A stretch of DNA of 64,000 nucleotides from the NCBI RefSeq assembly GCF_000189555.1, contig NC_017276.1; one strand, written 5' to 3'. Source of the DNA: Saccharolobus islandicus REY15A. Its GTDB lineage: Archaea > Thermoproteota > Thermoprotei_A > Sulfolobales > Sulfolobaceae. The notes below the pieces were generated by a model. It was not told where the DNA came from. It searched no databases and saw only the letters and a list, made by a program, of their open reading frames with translations. The translations under genes were made by a program, and so were the position numbers. Below, piece after piece: positions 20,786-31,544 of the stretch (position 1 is the first letter of the stretch; every line of letters begins with the position of its first letter).

Positions 20786-21529
20786 TTGTGCCAGAAATTA
20801 AATATGGCATTCAATGGGATAAAATTCGATACTTCTGTTCCAGGTATGGTGCCTTGGGAGATAGTTACTATCTACTTTATAGTAGGGCTTGCAATAGTAT
20901 TTTACTTCGCTAGGAGATTCGGCTTAAAGAGTTTTACAACAATTGATTTAGTTTACATTGCAGTGGGAGCAGCCTTTAGCGTGGTTTGGGAATTCTATAT
21001 AGGTAGTTTCATTGGTAGATTTTTACCCCGTACACCTTTCATAGGAGTAGGATTTTGGGGGAGAATGTTCATTCTCCTTATTGTAGCTGCCTTAGTTAGA
21101 AAACCAGGTACTGGGATACTGAGTTTACTGATCTTTAATATACTGTCAGATTTATTCTTCTATGGTTTTGGCGGAGAACCCATGTATACAATTTATGAAG
21201 CCCTAACTTATGGATTATTTCTTGACCTTGTAATTGTAGCTAGTAGGGGAAAATTATTCGGTATTGGATATAAAAGTAGCAATGGGCCATCTGTGGCAAC
21301 TAAAACTGTTGTGGGATTGGCAATATTAGAAGGTATAATAATTGGTATATTGTTTGCAATTCCAGACCCAATCTTTTATCTTGGCTTCTTTAGGCCCTTA
21401 ATAAGTGGGGCTATAGTGAACTGGGCTACTATACAATTTGACTTTCTAGCCTTTATACCTGGTGATGTGATCATAGGGATTTTAGGAGCTTTAGCCGGGC
21501 AGAGGATAGCTAAAGCGGTGGGACAGTGA
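20786..21529 (+). CDS. ECF transporter substrate-binding (S) component
   Basis: Multi-TM ORF with VRKPG motif, directly upstream of ECF ATPase and T genes. Confidence 0.7.
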   Translation: MCQKLNMAFNGIKFDTSVPGMVPWEIVTIYFIVGLAIVFYFARRFGLKSFTTIDLVYIAVGAAFSVVWEFYIGSFIGRFLPRTPFIGVGFWGRMFILLIVAALVRKPGTGILSLLIFNILSDLFFYGFGGEPMYTIYEALTYGLFLDLVIVASRGKLFGIGYKSSNGPSVATKTVVGLAILEGIIIGILFAIPDPIFYLGFFRPLISGAIVNWATIQFDFLAFIPGDVIIGILGALAGQRIAKAVGQ

Positions 21530-23118
21530 AGTTTGTGGAGATTAGGGATCTCCAAATAACCTATATGGGGAAAGATAAGCCCAGCATAGTGGTAGATAAA
21601 CTTGATATAGAAGAAGGGGAGTCCGTTTTAATAACTGGTAGGTCGGGAAGTGGTAAGTCGACACTAGTAAGTGTAATTAATGGCGTAATTCCACACTTAA
21701 TTAACGCTGAAGTAAAAGGAGAAGTTAGAGTTTTTGGACTTGACGTTAAGAGTACGCCAATACATGAAATATCTAAATATGTGGGTACACTATTACAAGA
21801 TCCGGATACTCAAGCTTTTAATTATACTATAATAGATGAGGTAGCTTTCGGCGTTGAGAACTATATGATAAGTAGGGATGAGATGATAGAGAGGGTTGAA
21901 GAGTCAATGAAGATATGTGGCATTTCACACTTAAGGGATAGGGAGATTAATACTTTATCTGGAGGGGAACTTCAAAGAACTATCTTAGCGTCAGTTTTAG
22001 CCATGAGACCTAAGGCGTTAATTTTAGATGAGCCAACTTCCAATATAGACCCTCAAGGTACTAGGGAAATTTTAGAACTAGTAAAGACCTTTAGATCTGA
22101 GGGAATTAGCCTAGTCTTAGTTGAGCATAAAATAGAGAGAGTATTACCCTTTGTTGATAGAATAATTGTAGTAGAAGAAGGAAAAATTGCTGTAGATGTC
22201 AGAAAAGATGAGATTGTGGATAAGGCCGATTTTCTCTACTCTTTGGGTCTTGAAATACCAGATTATATGCTATTTTTAAAGAAAAACGGTTTTAGGAAAA
22301 TAGATTACGAGTATTTAAGGAAAACTTATACTTATAGACCACCTTCTAGAATTGGGGGAAAAGGAGAAGCGCTATACGCGAGCGTAAAGGTTAAGACGAA
22401 AAATGGAATGTATCTGATTAATACTAAAATATCATTAAAACAAGGTACTATAACAGCGTTAATGGGTAAGAACGGCTCTGGAAAAACTACTTTATTGAAG
22501 GTAATTGTTGGTTTAATAGACAAGAAGAGGCTGATCGTAGAGGAGGAGAAGGTCATAGTCAACGGTGTAGATTTAAGTAAGACTAAGCTGGTGGAAAGGG
22601 GAAAATTCATAGCGTATTTACCTCAGTTCTTTGACGTTATGTTTATAAAGAGAACTGTTGAGGATGAGATTAAGTTCTCAATGAAGAATAGAGGTACATA
22701 CGACGAGAAGAGGTTAGGAGAGGTTTTGAAGATGTTCTCTCTAGATGCCTATAGGAAGGAAGATCCTTTAGTTCTCTCCATGGGGCAAAGGAGAAGAGTT
22801 GCAATGGCCTCAGTACTAGCAGGTGGGGCTAAGGTTATACTGATGGATGAGCCGACAAGTGGACAAGATTGGTATCATAGGCAAATCTTGGGAAAAGAAC
22901 TCTTAGAATTGAGAGATAAGGGATATACTATACTGGTTGTGACTCATGATTCCAGATTTGTTGATAGATTTGCTGATTATCTGTTAGTAATGAATGAGGG
23001 AAAAATCGTATTGGAAGGGAAGCCAGAAGAGGTTTTCATTAAATCACTAAGACATGGTATAGAACCTCCATTAGAATATGAGTTGGGAGGATTGATAAAA
23101 AATGAACACTTTAGTTGA
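21526..23118 (+). CDS. ECF transporter duplicated ATPase (A-A')
   Basis: Two ABC cassettes: GRSGSGKST / LSGGE / DEPT and GKNGSGKTT / LSMGQ / DEPT. Confidence 0.92.
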   Translation: MKFVEIRDLQITYMGKDKPSIVVDKLDIEEGESVLITGRSGSGKSTLVSVINGVIPHLINAEVKGEVRVFGLDVKSTPIHEISKYVGTLLQDPDTQAFNYTIIDEVAFGVENYMISRDEMIERVEESMKICGISHLRDREINTLSGGELQRTILASVLAMRPKALILDEPTSNIDPQGTREILELVKTFRSEGISLVLVEHKIERVLPFVDRIIVVEEGKIAVDVRKDEIVDKADFLYSLGLEIPDYMLFLKKNGFRKIDYEYLRKTYTYRPPSRIGGKGEALYASVKVKTKNGMYLINTKISLKQGTITALMGKNGSGKTTLLKVIVGLIDKKRLIVEEEKVIVNGVDLSKTKLVERGKFIAYLPQFFDVMFIKRTVEDEIKFSMKNRGTYDEKRLGEVLKMFSLDAYRKEDPLVLSMGQRRRVAMASVLAGGAKVILMDEPTSGQDWYHRQILGKELLELRDKGYTILVVTHDSRFVDRFADYLLVMNEGKIVLEGKPEEVFIKSLRHGIEPPLEYELGGLIKNEHFS

Positions 23119-24067
23119 TCAAATAATAAGTTGGATAATTGTTCTCTACGGATCCGCAGTGCCAGCTTTATTCGTAATTTTCTTGATAGGAATAACAGGT
23201 TTAAGGGAAATAACGCGTTATGAGACTGGAAATACGTTTCTATATAAGTTAAACCCCGTTACGAAGGTAGTACTCACAATAGTAGTTATGATTGTAGCTG
23301 CTACTACGATATGGTGGATAGGCGCCATATTAACCCTAATTCTCTTATTATCATATCTTACGCTAAACGATGGAGTAAGGAAATTCGGATATGCGTTTTT
23401 CTTAGCGCTTTCAACAATATTGGGTGGAACGTGGAGCATTGCTCCTTACACTCCACCTAGTACACTACAGTTAGCCTTCCCTAATGTGAAACAGTTTACG
23501 GTAATTTGGACATTCCCATCTTATTTCCAGGTAATGGGGTATGAGCAACAATTAACGTTAGAAGCTCTAATTTACGGCCTTCAGACTACCTTTAGAGTAG
23601 CTCCAGTATTATTGTCAGCCTTACTGTTCATTACTACAACAACTGGATCCGATATCTTCAGGATGTTCACTAAAATAAAGATACCTATAGCAATTACGTT
23701 TTCAGTGTTAGTTGGCATAAGGATGATACCTAGGATATTTGAGCTGTTAGACACTTCAGTGAAGATGCAGTATATAAGAGGTTTAGGGTATGGTAGACCG
23801 AAAATAGTTTCTTCACTGTTAATAGTTTACGCGATTTTTGCAGCAATAATACCAACTATGGTGTATTTGTTTAGGGGAGCTAAGAACTTGGCAATTTCAG
23901 CTGATACTAGGGGATTTAGAGCTTATCCAAGTAGGACTAGTCTAGTAGAACTTAAGTTTACAAGAGTTGACTACTACGGTACTGCAATAATTGCGGCATT
24001 AATAATTATAGCAATTGTAGCTAATTTACTTGGATTTGGGAGAACGATACCATACGTTGGACTTTAA
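23102..24067 (+). CDS. ECF transporter T component (EcfT/CbiQ)
   Basis: LNPVTK and the conserved Arg motifs YIRG and DTRGF. Confidence 0.88.
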   Translation: MNTLVDQIISWIIVLYGSAVPALFVIFLIGITGLREITRYETGNTFLYKLNPVTKVVLTIVVMIVAATTIWWIGAILTLILLLSYLTLNDGVRKFGYAFFLALSTILGGTWSIAPYTPPSTLQLAFPNVKQFTVIWTFPSYFQVMGYEQQLTLEALIYGLQTTFRVAPVLLSALLFITTTTGSDIFRMFTKIKIPIAITFSVLVGIRMIPRIFELLDTSVKMQYIRGLGYGRPKIVSSLLIVYAIFAAIIPTMVYLFRGAKNLAISADTRGFRAYPSRTSLVELKFTRVDYYGTAIIAALIIIAIVANLLGFGRTIPYVGL

Positions 24068-24591
24068 TTTTTTATAATTTTATAATAATTTATCACTTTT
24101 AGATTAAGATATTAATTTTAAAGCTTCTTTTATCTGGTAATTAAATAACAAAAGGAATCTGGTTAAGGCGAGAATACCAAGGAGGTATCAAGGAAAGTTG
24201 AAATATATTGAAGAGGAAACAAAAGAATTATTAAAGAGAATACTGACATTGTAGTTATTGAGATAGTAACTATGGCTATTGCTATAACCACTGGAATTAG
24301 GAGTTTCCTTTTTATATCATGAAGATGTTTGACAATATTTAAGAGTCTTTTCGAAAGATGCTAGTCGTAATTTAAGCTAACCTCCCTTTGTTCTTAGGCT
24401 TTCTACGTTATTCCTTACAAACTCCTATCTTTCTAAATCCTAAACATGCTTCACTTCCTCTACATTCCTAGCTTAATTTGATCATCGTCAATGGATGGCA
24501 TTTGTTAATAGTTGTAATTTCCATTAATAATCATGTATTAATACGGGAGTGTATAGATGAGTTAATGAGATGTGAACTACCCCGCCCTTAC

Positions 24592-25798
24592 CGGTAGACC
24601 CAAAATCATATTAGAAAAAATATTTCTGGTAGGATAATATCGAATTTATAAAAGATAAAGAAATTTATAAGAGTATAAAGAATTCAATTGAAGAAAGGGT
24701 TTAAGGTGAGGGAGATGGCGTATTACCATGTGACATAGGAAGATGGTAACACCAGGTCTCCCTCACCAAAATAACATTCAACAAATAGGATATAAATTAC
24801 TTTCCATGTTGAACTTCCAAGGGGAAAAGGTAGAGGAGGTAGCGAAAACTCTCATCTCCGCGTGTTTGTGGTACGATTCAGTAGAGAACAAGTCCAGAGC
24901 GTATGACGTATCCCCACAGACCGTGAGGAATTACGTAGAGAAACAAGGGATGGAAGTGACTTAAAAGCTATTGGAAAGAGCTAGGAAAATATCCTTGGAG
25001 ATATTAAAGGGAGTGAATGAGATAGATCTTTCAATAGACTGGACAACCAAGACATGGTACGGGAAACCAGTGAAAGGGCTCGGGAGCTCTGAAAAAGGAA
25101 ACTCGTGGAACTACGCAACTGCAACAACCAAGTATAAGGGGAAAGTGCTTTTACTTGCCGCAAGTGAACGGTATGACTAAGGACGAGATAGTGAAGGTTC
25201 TTGTTGAACAAGTAATGGGATTCAAGATAAGGTTGATAACTCTTGACGCTGGTTTCTATACTGTTGACGTGCTCAACTTCATTTCACAGTTTAAGTACAT
25301 AATTGCTGTTCCGGTTGGGGACGTGAAGGTGTACGAGGAGTTTGACGGGGATTACACAACTAATAGTAAGAGGCATAGGAGGGATGAGCAGGTCAAGTTC
25401 AGGCTTCTCGTGTACAGCAAGGAAAAAGTGGGGAGAAAGAAGAAGAGTCTTGTTTACTTCGCTAGGGCTACTAACCTAGACCTATCCAAGAGGGAAGTGT
25501 TGGATTTGTACAATAAGGTAAGAGGTCCCATAGAGACCTCTTATAGGAACATTAAGGCTTTTCTTCCATTTACTAGTTCTACTAAGTTTGTTTTCCGCAC
25601 GTTGATCTTCGTGCTGGCCCTTGTACTCTACTCCTTATATACCATATTCAAGGGGGAGGTGGGGAGAGAGGAGTTTAGATTATTATTAATTCTTTTATTT
25701 CCTGATTTATTCAATCCAGAGACTTTTACATTTAATATAATTAAAACACTTATTTACACTATAGATTTATTTTCAAGGAGGTGATTTTGGGTCTACCG
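24592..25798 (+). mobile_element. ISH3-family IS (ISC1200/ISC1225-like), 1207 bp, nested in the MITE
   Basis: 17-bp TIR CGGTAGACCCAAAATCA / TGATTTTGGGTCTACCG; 4-bp TSD TTAC at 24588-24591 and 25799-25802. Confidence 0.88.
24743..25784 (+). pseudogene. ISH3-family DDE transposase, inactivated
   Basis: In-frame stop at 24962-24964 and a frameshift near 25155; DDE pieces SIDWT, LDAGFY, IETSYR present. Confidence 0.85.
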
Positions 25799-26103
25799 TT
25801 ACGGACAGGGCATCTCCACCTCACGATGGGGATTTCCTGCTTCTCAGAGCAACCTCGATCCCCCTTCACCCACAGCGGAGGTTCCATCGAACGGAACCGT
25901 TCTGTAATGCCCCGTGTGGAAGAGGGGTTACGGAGGGTTGCTCTCCACAGGCGTAAGTTCCCCCAGTCCCAAGGGTACGGCCCAGCTCTTACAGCCGAGG
26001 CCTAAGAATTATCTATTTTTTGCAATAAAAAGGTTTCTATAAGGGGGCTATTCATCCCCTACCTTACGGAAGGGGACTTTCGCCCCCTTAACCCCTAATT
26101 AAG

Positions 26104-26622
26104 TTAAACGTTCAAGTAGCTTAATATCTCCTTTACCTGAGCAAATGAAGCTTGATACCCATCTAAGGTTATTTCTACTAAAGTTGAGCCCTTATAAGCA
26201 ACTATAATTGTTTTAGGATACGTAAAAGAAGTAGCTGAATAAGTAATGTAATATCCGTTATATATATAATAATTGGTATTATTACCGAAGATTTCACTCC
26301 AACTACTATTTGAAGAGAATTTTACGATAACTATAGTCATTTCCACTTTAGTATTATTTACGTCTCCCGCAAGTACTTCTTCTTCAATTGATTCGACTTC
26401 TAGTGAATGTTGTGTAGTAAGATTTGTACTATTAGCATAATATATTGTTATCGTACCAATAGACTTTAAATTAGTATTGTTTTGCAGAACCTCCCAATTT
26501 CCCCCAAAGATAGCTTCAGCCTCTTGAGGAGAGAACAAAAGGTCTTTTGAGGGATATACCATTATTAAAGCAAAAGATATTATAACTATTAATACTATAA
26601 AAATCAAGATTTTCTTATCCAT
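26104..26622 (-). CDS. Hypothetical exported / membrane-anchored protein
   Basis: MDKKILIFIVLIVIISFALI N-terminal TM, many N-x-S/T sequons; probable start 26622. Confidence 0.65.
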   Translation of the reverse strand: MDKKILIFIVLIVIISFALIMVYPSKDLLFSPQEAEAIFGGNWEVLQNNTNLKSIGTITIYYANSTNLTTQHSLEVESIEEEVLAGDVNNTKVEMTIVIVKFSSNSSWSEIFGNNTNYYIYNGYYITYSATSFTYPKTIIVAYKGSTLVEITLDGYQASFAQVKEILSYLNV

Positions 26623-26656
26623 GTGGATATGCACAGCCTTACAGTTATTTAAATTT

Positions 26657-27817
26657 TCATCTCTTAACCATAATATTATCATTCCAAAACATCTTGAAGA
26701 AAGCTACTGCAGTAGTGGCAACTGGTATTATTAGGGCTGAAATGGAGAGTGATAATCCAACTATCTCTGATACAAATCCAATTGTAGCTGGTACTACTAA
26801 GAACAATAAATTGTTATAAGCTAAGAAATAGGAATTTACTGCATTCCTCTCAGCTATACTTGTAGCCCTACTTATCATTATGGTAGCCATAGGAAATATT
26901 GAACCGTGAGGTATTCCCAGTAGCGCTATAACTGCTAAGAAAATAGAGTAATTTGGGGCGTATAGGATTCCAAATAACCCCAAAATTGTTATAATGATAG
27001 AAATTAACATTGGCATTCTGAGGTTTTCGAAAGGTCTTATGGTCATCGTAAGTCTAGTTAAGAAAGACATTATATAGAATGGCAAAAAGACAAAGTAGGC
27101 ATCGAAATTAGGTAAGTTGAATCTATCCTTAGCCAATATTGCCAAGAATGTGGTGAATGCTGCGAATGGTACATTATACGTGGTAATTGATAGTGCAGCA
27201 GCTGTTAGACCCTTATTTTTAATCACTGAAATCCCACTGCTTTCTCTCTTAACATCTGGGAATCTAATACTCGATGAAATTATAATGCCTATAACTGCTA
27301 TTGGAATAAACCATAAGAATACATCCCTATAGTCATATTTAGTTAGTAAATAGACTTCAATTGCAGGACCTAGAATCAAACTGGTACTAAGGCTAGTTGA
27401 GTACAGGGATAGTAGCCTCTCAACTGATTTCTTATCATTTGCCAAACTCGCTGCTGTTATTAGGTTAGGCATTACTAAACCGAATGCGATTCCGGCGAAG
27501 ATTGAGATTATCCATATTGATATTGCGTTAGACAGATAATAGAGTGGTAACGAAAATAAAATTATAACATTGGAAATTACAAATACTCTCCTTCTTACCC
27601 TCGAATTAAGTTCAGGATTAATAAATGTTGTGGCGATAAAATTGAAGGTAAATAGTAATGCCGATAAAAGTCCAACCAGAGAGTTAGATAGTTGAAGACT
27701 ATACTTTGCTAATAATGGAACCGTTGTAGTAACCATGTTATTTGTAGCTCTGGCTGAGATTGTCATTAGTACAAGAATTATGGCCGAGTAAATCAATGAA
27801 TGTTTTGAGCTGTGCAT
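26657..27817 (-). CDS. MFS transporter
   Basis: 12-TM hydrophobicity pattern, 386 aa. Confidence 0.8.
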   Translation of the reverse strand: MHSSKHSLIYSAIILVLMTISARATNNMVTTTVPLLAKYSLQLSNSLVGLLSALLFTFNFIATTFINPELNSRVRRRVFVISNVIILFSLPLYYLSNAISIWIISIFAGIAFGLVMPNLITAASLANDKKSVERLLSLYSTSLSTSLILGPAIEVYLLTKYDYRDVFLWFIPIAVIGIIISSSIRFPDVKRESSGISVIKNKGLTAAALSITTYNVPFAAFTTFLAILAKDRFNLPNFDAYFVFLPFYIMSFLTRLTMTIRPFENLRMPMLISIIITILGLFGILYAPNYSIFLAVIALLGIPHGSIFPMATIMISRATSIAERNAVNSYFLAYNNLLFLVVPATIGFVSEIVGLSLSISALIIPVATTAVAFFKMFWNDNIMVKR

Positions 27818-27935
27818 TGCAGATACATAGTTGACAAGTTAAATTTAAACTTACTTACAAAAGTAGTAAACGTGTTAATTTTTTATGATTCGAATAAGCA
27901 TAGCTTTATTAGACCATCAAGAGCAGTTACCCAAT

Positions 27936-28967
27936 ATGTTTGAAAATTTAAGTGAAGATCTAAGAAAGGCTTTGAATGAAGCCGGTTACATTAAACCTAC
28001 CAGAGTCCAAGAAGTTGTTATTCCAGAATTGATGAACGGTAAAAGTGTAATAGTTCAAGCTAAGACCGGATCTGGTAAGACTGCAGCGTATGTTATTCCA
28101 ATTTTAGAAAGAAATAGTACCGCTTTAATTTTATCGCCTACTAGAGAATTAGCAACGCAAATTCTAGATGAGATAAAGAAACTAGGAAAATATAAACAAA
28201 TTGACGTTAGCTTGATAATAGGTGGGATGAGTTACGACGATCAAAGACAATCCAAAATAGTCGTTGGTACCCCAGGAAGACTTTTGGATCTGTGGAGTAA
28301 GGGCAAGATTGACTTCTCTGGTTACGATTTCGTTATAGTTGACGAGGCGGATAGAATGCTGGATATGGGTTTTATAGATGACATTAGAATGATATTGAAT
28401 CATTGTAATGCTAAAATTGCAGGGTTCTTCTCAGCTACAATACCAGATGAAATTATGACCCTTGCCGAAGAGTTCTCCAAGGATCTTAGAGAGATCGTAT
28501 TGGATGAATATAAACCGGTAGAGGAGGTTAAACAGAAATTCGTGAAGGTTAGGAATGATTGGAATGATAAAGTATCGAAATTACTGGAGGAAATAAACGG
28601 TGAGAAAATTCTGGTATTCGCTAGGACTAGGGATAGGGCTAGGAAACTATACTATCTGTTAAAAGGGAAGGGAGTAAATGTGGGACTTTTAAGTGGAGAT
28701 ATGCCTCAGAGCGTTAGATTAAAGAACTTTTACGGGTTCAAAAAGGGAAAGTACAATGTTCTAGTTGCAACTGATTTGGCTTCTAGAGGAATTGATATAA
28801 TAGATGTTAACAAGGTAATAAATTTCGATATTCCCAGAGACGTGGAGACTTACATACATAGAGTAGGAAGGACTGGTAGAATGGGAAGAGTGGGTCAAGC
28901 AATAACGTTCTATACGTTCAGAGAAGCTGACATGATTAAAAGAATCAATAACTTACTTGCAATTTAG
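27936..28967 (+). CDS. DEAD-box RNA helicase
   Basis: [38 protein letters not shown]; probable start ATG 27936. Confidence 0.95.
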   Translation: MFENLSEDLRKALNEAGYIKPTRVQEVVIPELMNGKSVIVQAKTGSGKTAAYVIPILERNSTALILSPTRELATQILDEIKKLGKYKQIDVSLIIGGMSYDDQRQSKIVVGTPGRLLDLWSKGKIDFSGYDFVIVDEADRMLDMGFIDDIRMILNHCNAKIAGFFSATIPDEIMTLAEEFSKDLREIVLDEYKPVEEVKQKFVKVRNDWNDKVSKLLEEINGEKILVFARTRDRARKLYYLLKGKGVNVGLLSGDMPQSVRLKNFYGFKKGKYNVLVATDLASRGIDIIDVNKVINFDIPRDVETYIHRVGRTGRMGRVGQAITFYTFREADMIKRINNLLAI

Positions 28968-29004
28968 GAAAACGTTTTTATTTTTGAACATTCATTTCCC
29001 TTAC

Positions 29005-30669
29005 GTGCTAAGGAATACATTGCTAATCCTCCTTTTGCTCTTACCAACACCATTACTGGCCATTTCATTACCAACTGGAGTGGTAGCTTATGACGGTCCT
29101 ATATTCACAAATCAAGTATTAGGTTACGTGAATATAACATCACTTCAGGCTTATAATGCATCTGGATCAAAATTTGGAGTTCCACCTTATGGTGCTTCGC
29201 TGCAATTAAACGTCATGCTACAAGTGAATACTAGCAATGAGGAGTACTATTTTTGGCTACAAAATGTAGCAGATTTCATTACAAATGAGAGCAAGATGTT
29301 CTTTAGTGAAAATATTTGGAACTCAACTACTCCATTAGCTGGAATAAATAACGTAATTGGCAAGGGTGAAATATACTCCACCTCAGACCTTTTCTCTCAT
29401 TCTTCATACTACGCTTACGGCACTTATTATATTAAATACGATTTCCCATTTTCGTTTTACCTTATAGTAAATGAAAGCCATAATAATCAAGGAGTATATG
29501 TTAGTTTCGGTTACGTTATTCTTCAGAACGGAAATATAACTCCACCCAATCCAACGTTTTACGATACAGTTTTCATCCCAGTTAATAATTTGACCTCTGC
29601 CTCAATTATAATAGCTAATCAGACTACTCCTAATTTAAACTTAGGTATTATAACATATTTGGGAAGCTACTTAGATGCTGAATTGGTATGGGGAGGATTT
29701 GGAAATGGTGCATCTACAACGTTCTTAAACATGTCCTCTTATCTAGCATTACTGTACATGAAAAACGGTAAATGGGTCCCATTTTCACAAGTATATAATT
29801 ACGGGAGTGACACAGCAGAGTCCACTAATAATTTACGTGTTACCATAGCAAAAAATGGAGATGCGTACGTTACAATAGGAAAGCAGAATCCAGGATTGTT
29901 AACTACTAACTTTAACCCTTCAATCCCTGGTTTCTTATACTTGAATATTAGTAGTAAAATACCGTTTCTAGTTAATAACATCATTTCACGTACTTTCTCT
30001 GGTTACGTTTCAGCCCCAATTAAATTAGGCTTCTTTATGAATTATTCCATTAACTCATCCTCCTTTGCAGTCCTCAATGGAAACTATCCTAGCTTAATAG
30101 AACCTAACGTCAGTTGGTTCAAGATTTTGAACATTATCCCTAACTACACATATTACTACTTGGTGAGAGTAAACTCATCTATTCCAGTTATTGGCACGAT
30201 AAATGGTAAACAAATTACCTTAAATGATACAAATTGGTTTGCCCAAGGTACTCAAATCAAAATAGTTAATTACACGTATTATAATGGTAGCGATGAGAGG
30301 TATGTTATTTCATCAATTTTACCATCGCTATCGTTTAACATTAGCTCGCCTTTAAACGTTACCATAAACACTATAAAACAATATCGAGTTATAATAAACT
30401 CCGATTTGCCAACATACTTAAATGGTAAAAGGGTGAATGGAAGCATATGGATTAACACTGGTACAATTGTTAAATTAAGTGCAAGTATCCCCTTTTATGA
30501 AGTGGGAAGGTTTATCGGGACTTATAACTTAACACTAGGAGGGACCATAGTAGTGAATAAACCGATAGTTGAAAAATTGCAATTATCTATTAATAATTTA
30601 CTATTAGAAATAACGGCTGTAATAATAGTAATAGTTATTATCTTGTTAATACTGAGAAAGAGAAGATAA
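29005..30669 (+). CDS. Thermopsin-family acid protease, membrane anchored
   Basis: LPTGV, ASLQLNVML, YFWLQNV, DAELVWGGFGNG, DTAES motifs; signal peptide and C-terminal TM+KRR; probable GTG start. Confidence 0.9.
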   Translation: MLRNTLLILLLLLPTPLLAISLPTGVVAYDGPIFTNQVLGYVNITSLQAYNASGSKFGVPPYGASLQLNVMLQVNTSNEEYYFWLQNVADFITNESKMFFSENIWNSTTPLAGINNVIGKGEIYSTSDLFSHSSYYAYGTYYIKYDFPFSFYLIVNESHNNQGVYVSFGYVILQNGNITPPNPTFYDTVFIPVNNLTSASIIIANQTTPNLNLGIITYLGSYLDAELVWGGFGNGASTTFLNMSSYLALLYMKNGKWVPFSQVYNYGSDTAESTNNLRVTIAKNGDAYVTIGKQNPGLLTTNFNPSIPGFLYLNISSKIPFLVNNIISRTFSGYVSAPIKLGFFMNYSINSSSFAVLNGNYPSLIEPNVSWFKILNIIPNYTYYYLVRVNSSIPVIGTINGKQITLNDTNWFAQGTQIKIVNYTYYNGSDERYVISSILPSLSFNISSPLNVTINTIKQYRVIINSDLPTYLNGKRVNGSIWINTGTIVKLSASIPFYEVGRFIGTYNLTLGGTIVVNKPIVEKLQLSINNLLLEITAVIIVIVIILLILRKRR

Positions 30670-30671
30670 AA

Positions 30672-31544
30672 TTATATAGTGACTTTTTTAAACCTAAGTC
30701 TTACGTGAATATAAGCCAAAAATAACCCAACAAGCATTGAGACTATTATAAGAACTAATGTATTGAAATTGATTATGGGTTTCATGGGCGAATACAGATT
30801 TATACCTTGAAATAGAATGAGTGATAGGCCTAAAGCCATTACGCCAAGTATTACATATTTCAATTTATTATTTAAATTTTGAAACTGCAATCTTCTTCTC
30901 CATAATTCTCCTGTGAAGTAAAATAGCACTATTCCGATTACAATAAAGGTAAATTTTACAAACACAGTGTATAGAAATATTTTCCACCATTCAGCAAGAT
31001 GATTTAACTCATATAATTGGATGAACACGAAAGAAGAATAGAATATCATCCAATCAACTAGTCTACTGTTTTTAAAGGGACCATAAATTCTGATCCAAGG
31101 CATCTTAACTACTTCTTTCAACCCAGGATCTGCCGTCTTATTTATTATTCTCATTGGATCTTCAAGATACCACATTATCCCCCTGCTTTTCCTTATATTA
31201 CCGTCGTAGTCCAGTTCATAATTTTTAACCAATCTACCTAAAGGGAAAAACAATTCTACACCCCTATCCGTAGGTGATGTAAGTAGATCCAAAGCCATAT
31301 GAAGAAATATTCCCAATCCTAAGTAAAAGTTGAAATAGACCACTGCAAGAGCGAAAAAGATGTTATGGAAGAGAGCTCTGTGTAGTTGATATTTTGCAAA
31401 TATTTTCCTCTTAGTGAATACATATTCCCTATCCAGGTCAGGTATTGCCGCTCCAATCCCTACTAACACAGCTAAGGTTATGTCATTGTGGAAGAAAATT
31501 AGCCCAAATGCCAAGGCTAATACTATGTGAGTGTGTAAATTCAT
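30672..31544 (-). CDS. Membrane-bound metal-dependent hydrolase (YdjM/DUF457-like)
   Basis: HTH, IPDLD, HRALFHN, LHMALDLLT motifs. Confidence 0.75.
   Translation of the reverse strand: MNLHTHIVLALAFGLIFFHNDITLAVLVGIGAAIPDLDREYVFTKRKIFAKYQLHRALFHNIFFALAVVYFNFYLGLGIFLHMALDLLTSPTDRGVELFFPLGRLVKNYELDYDGNIRKSRGIMWYLEDPMRIINKTADPGLKEVVKMPWIRIYGPFKNSRLVDWMIFYSSFVFIQLYELNHLAEWWKIFLYTVFVKFTFIVIGIVLFYFTGELWRRRLQFQNLNNKLKYVILGVMALGLSLILFQGINLYSPMKPIINFNTLVLIIVSMLVGLFLAYIHVRLRFKKVTI

Larger units (their letters stand above)
24572..26103 (-). mobile_element. Non-autonomous IS605-derived MITE (SMN1-like, 321 bp once the insert is removed)
   Basis: Right end GTTCAC at 24572; left end ends at 26103 next to target TTTAA (26104-26108); ends match the 45804-47532 element; 20+301 = 321 bp. 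Confidence 0.85.

Noticed and set aside
24070-24570. Possible decayed gene between ecfT and the MITE
   Set aside because: Short coding-like stretches on both strands but many stops and no recognisable family
25781-26005. 74-aa ORF and the similar 45756-45959 ORF
   Set aside because: They run across IS/MITE terminal hairpins on the antisense strand; artefacts of GC-rich ends
28220-28270. Apparently short segment between GG and TPGR motifs in the DEAD-box helicase
   Set aside because: Frame and all catalytic motifs are intact; cannot distinguish a small deletion from normal family variation without alignment
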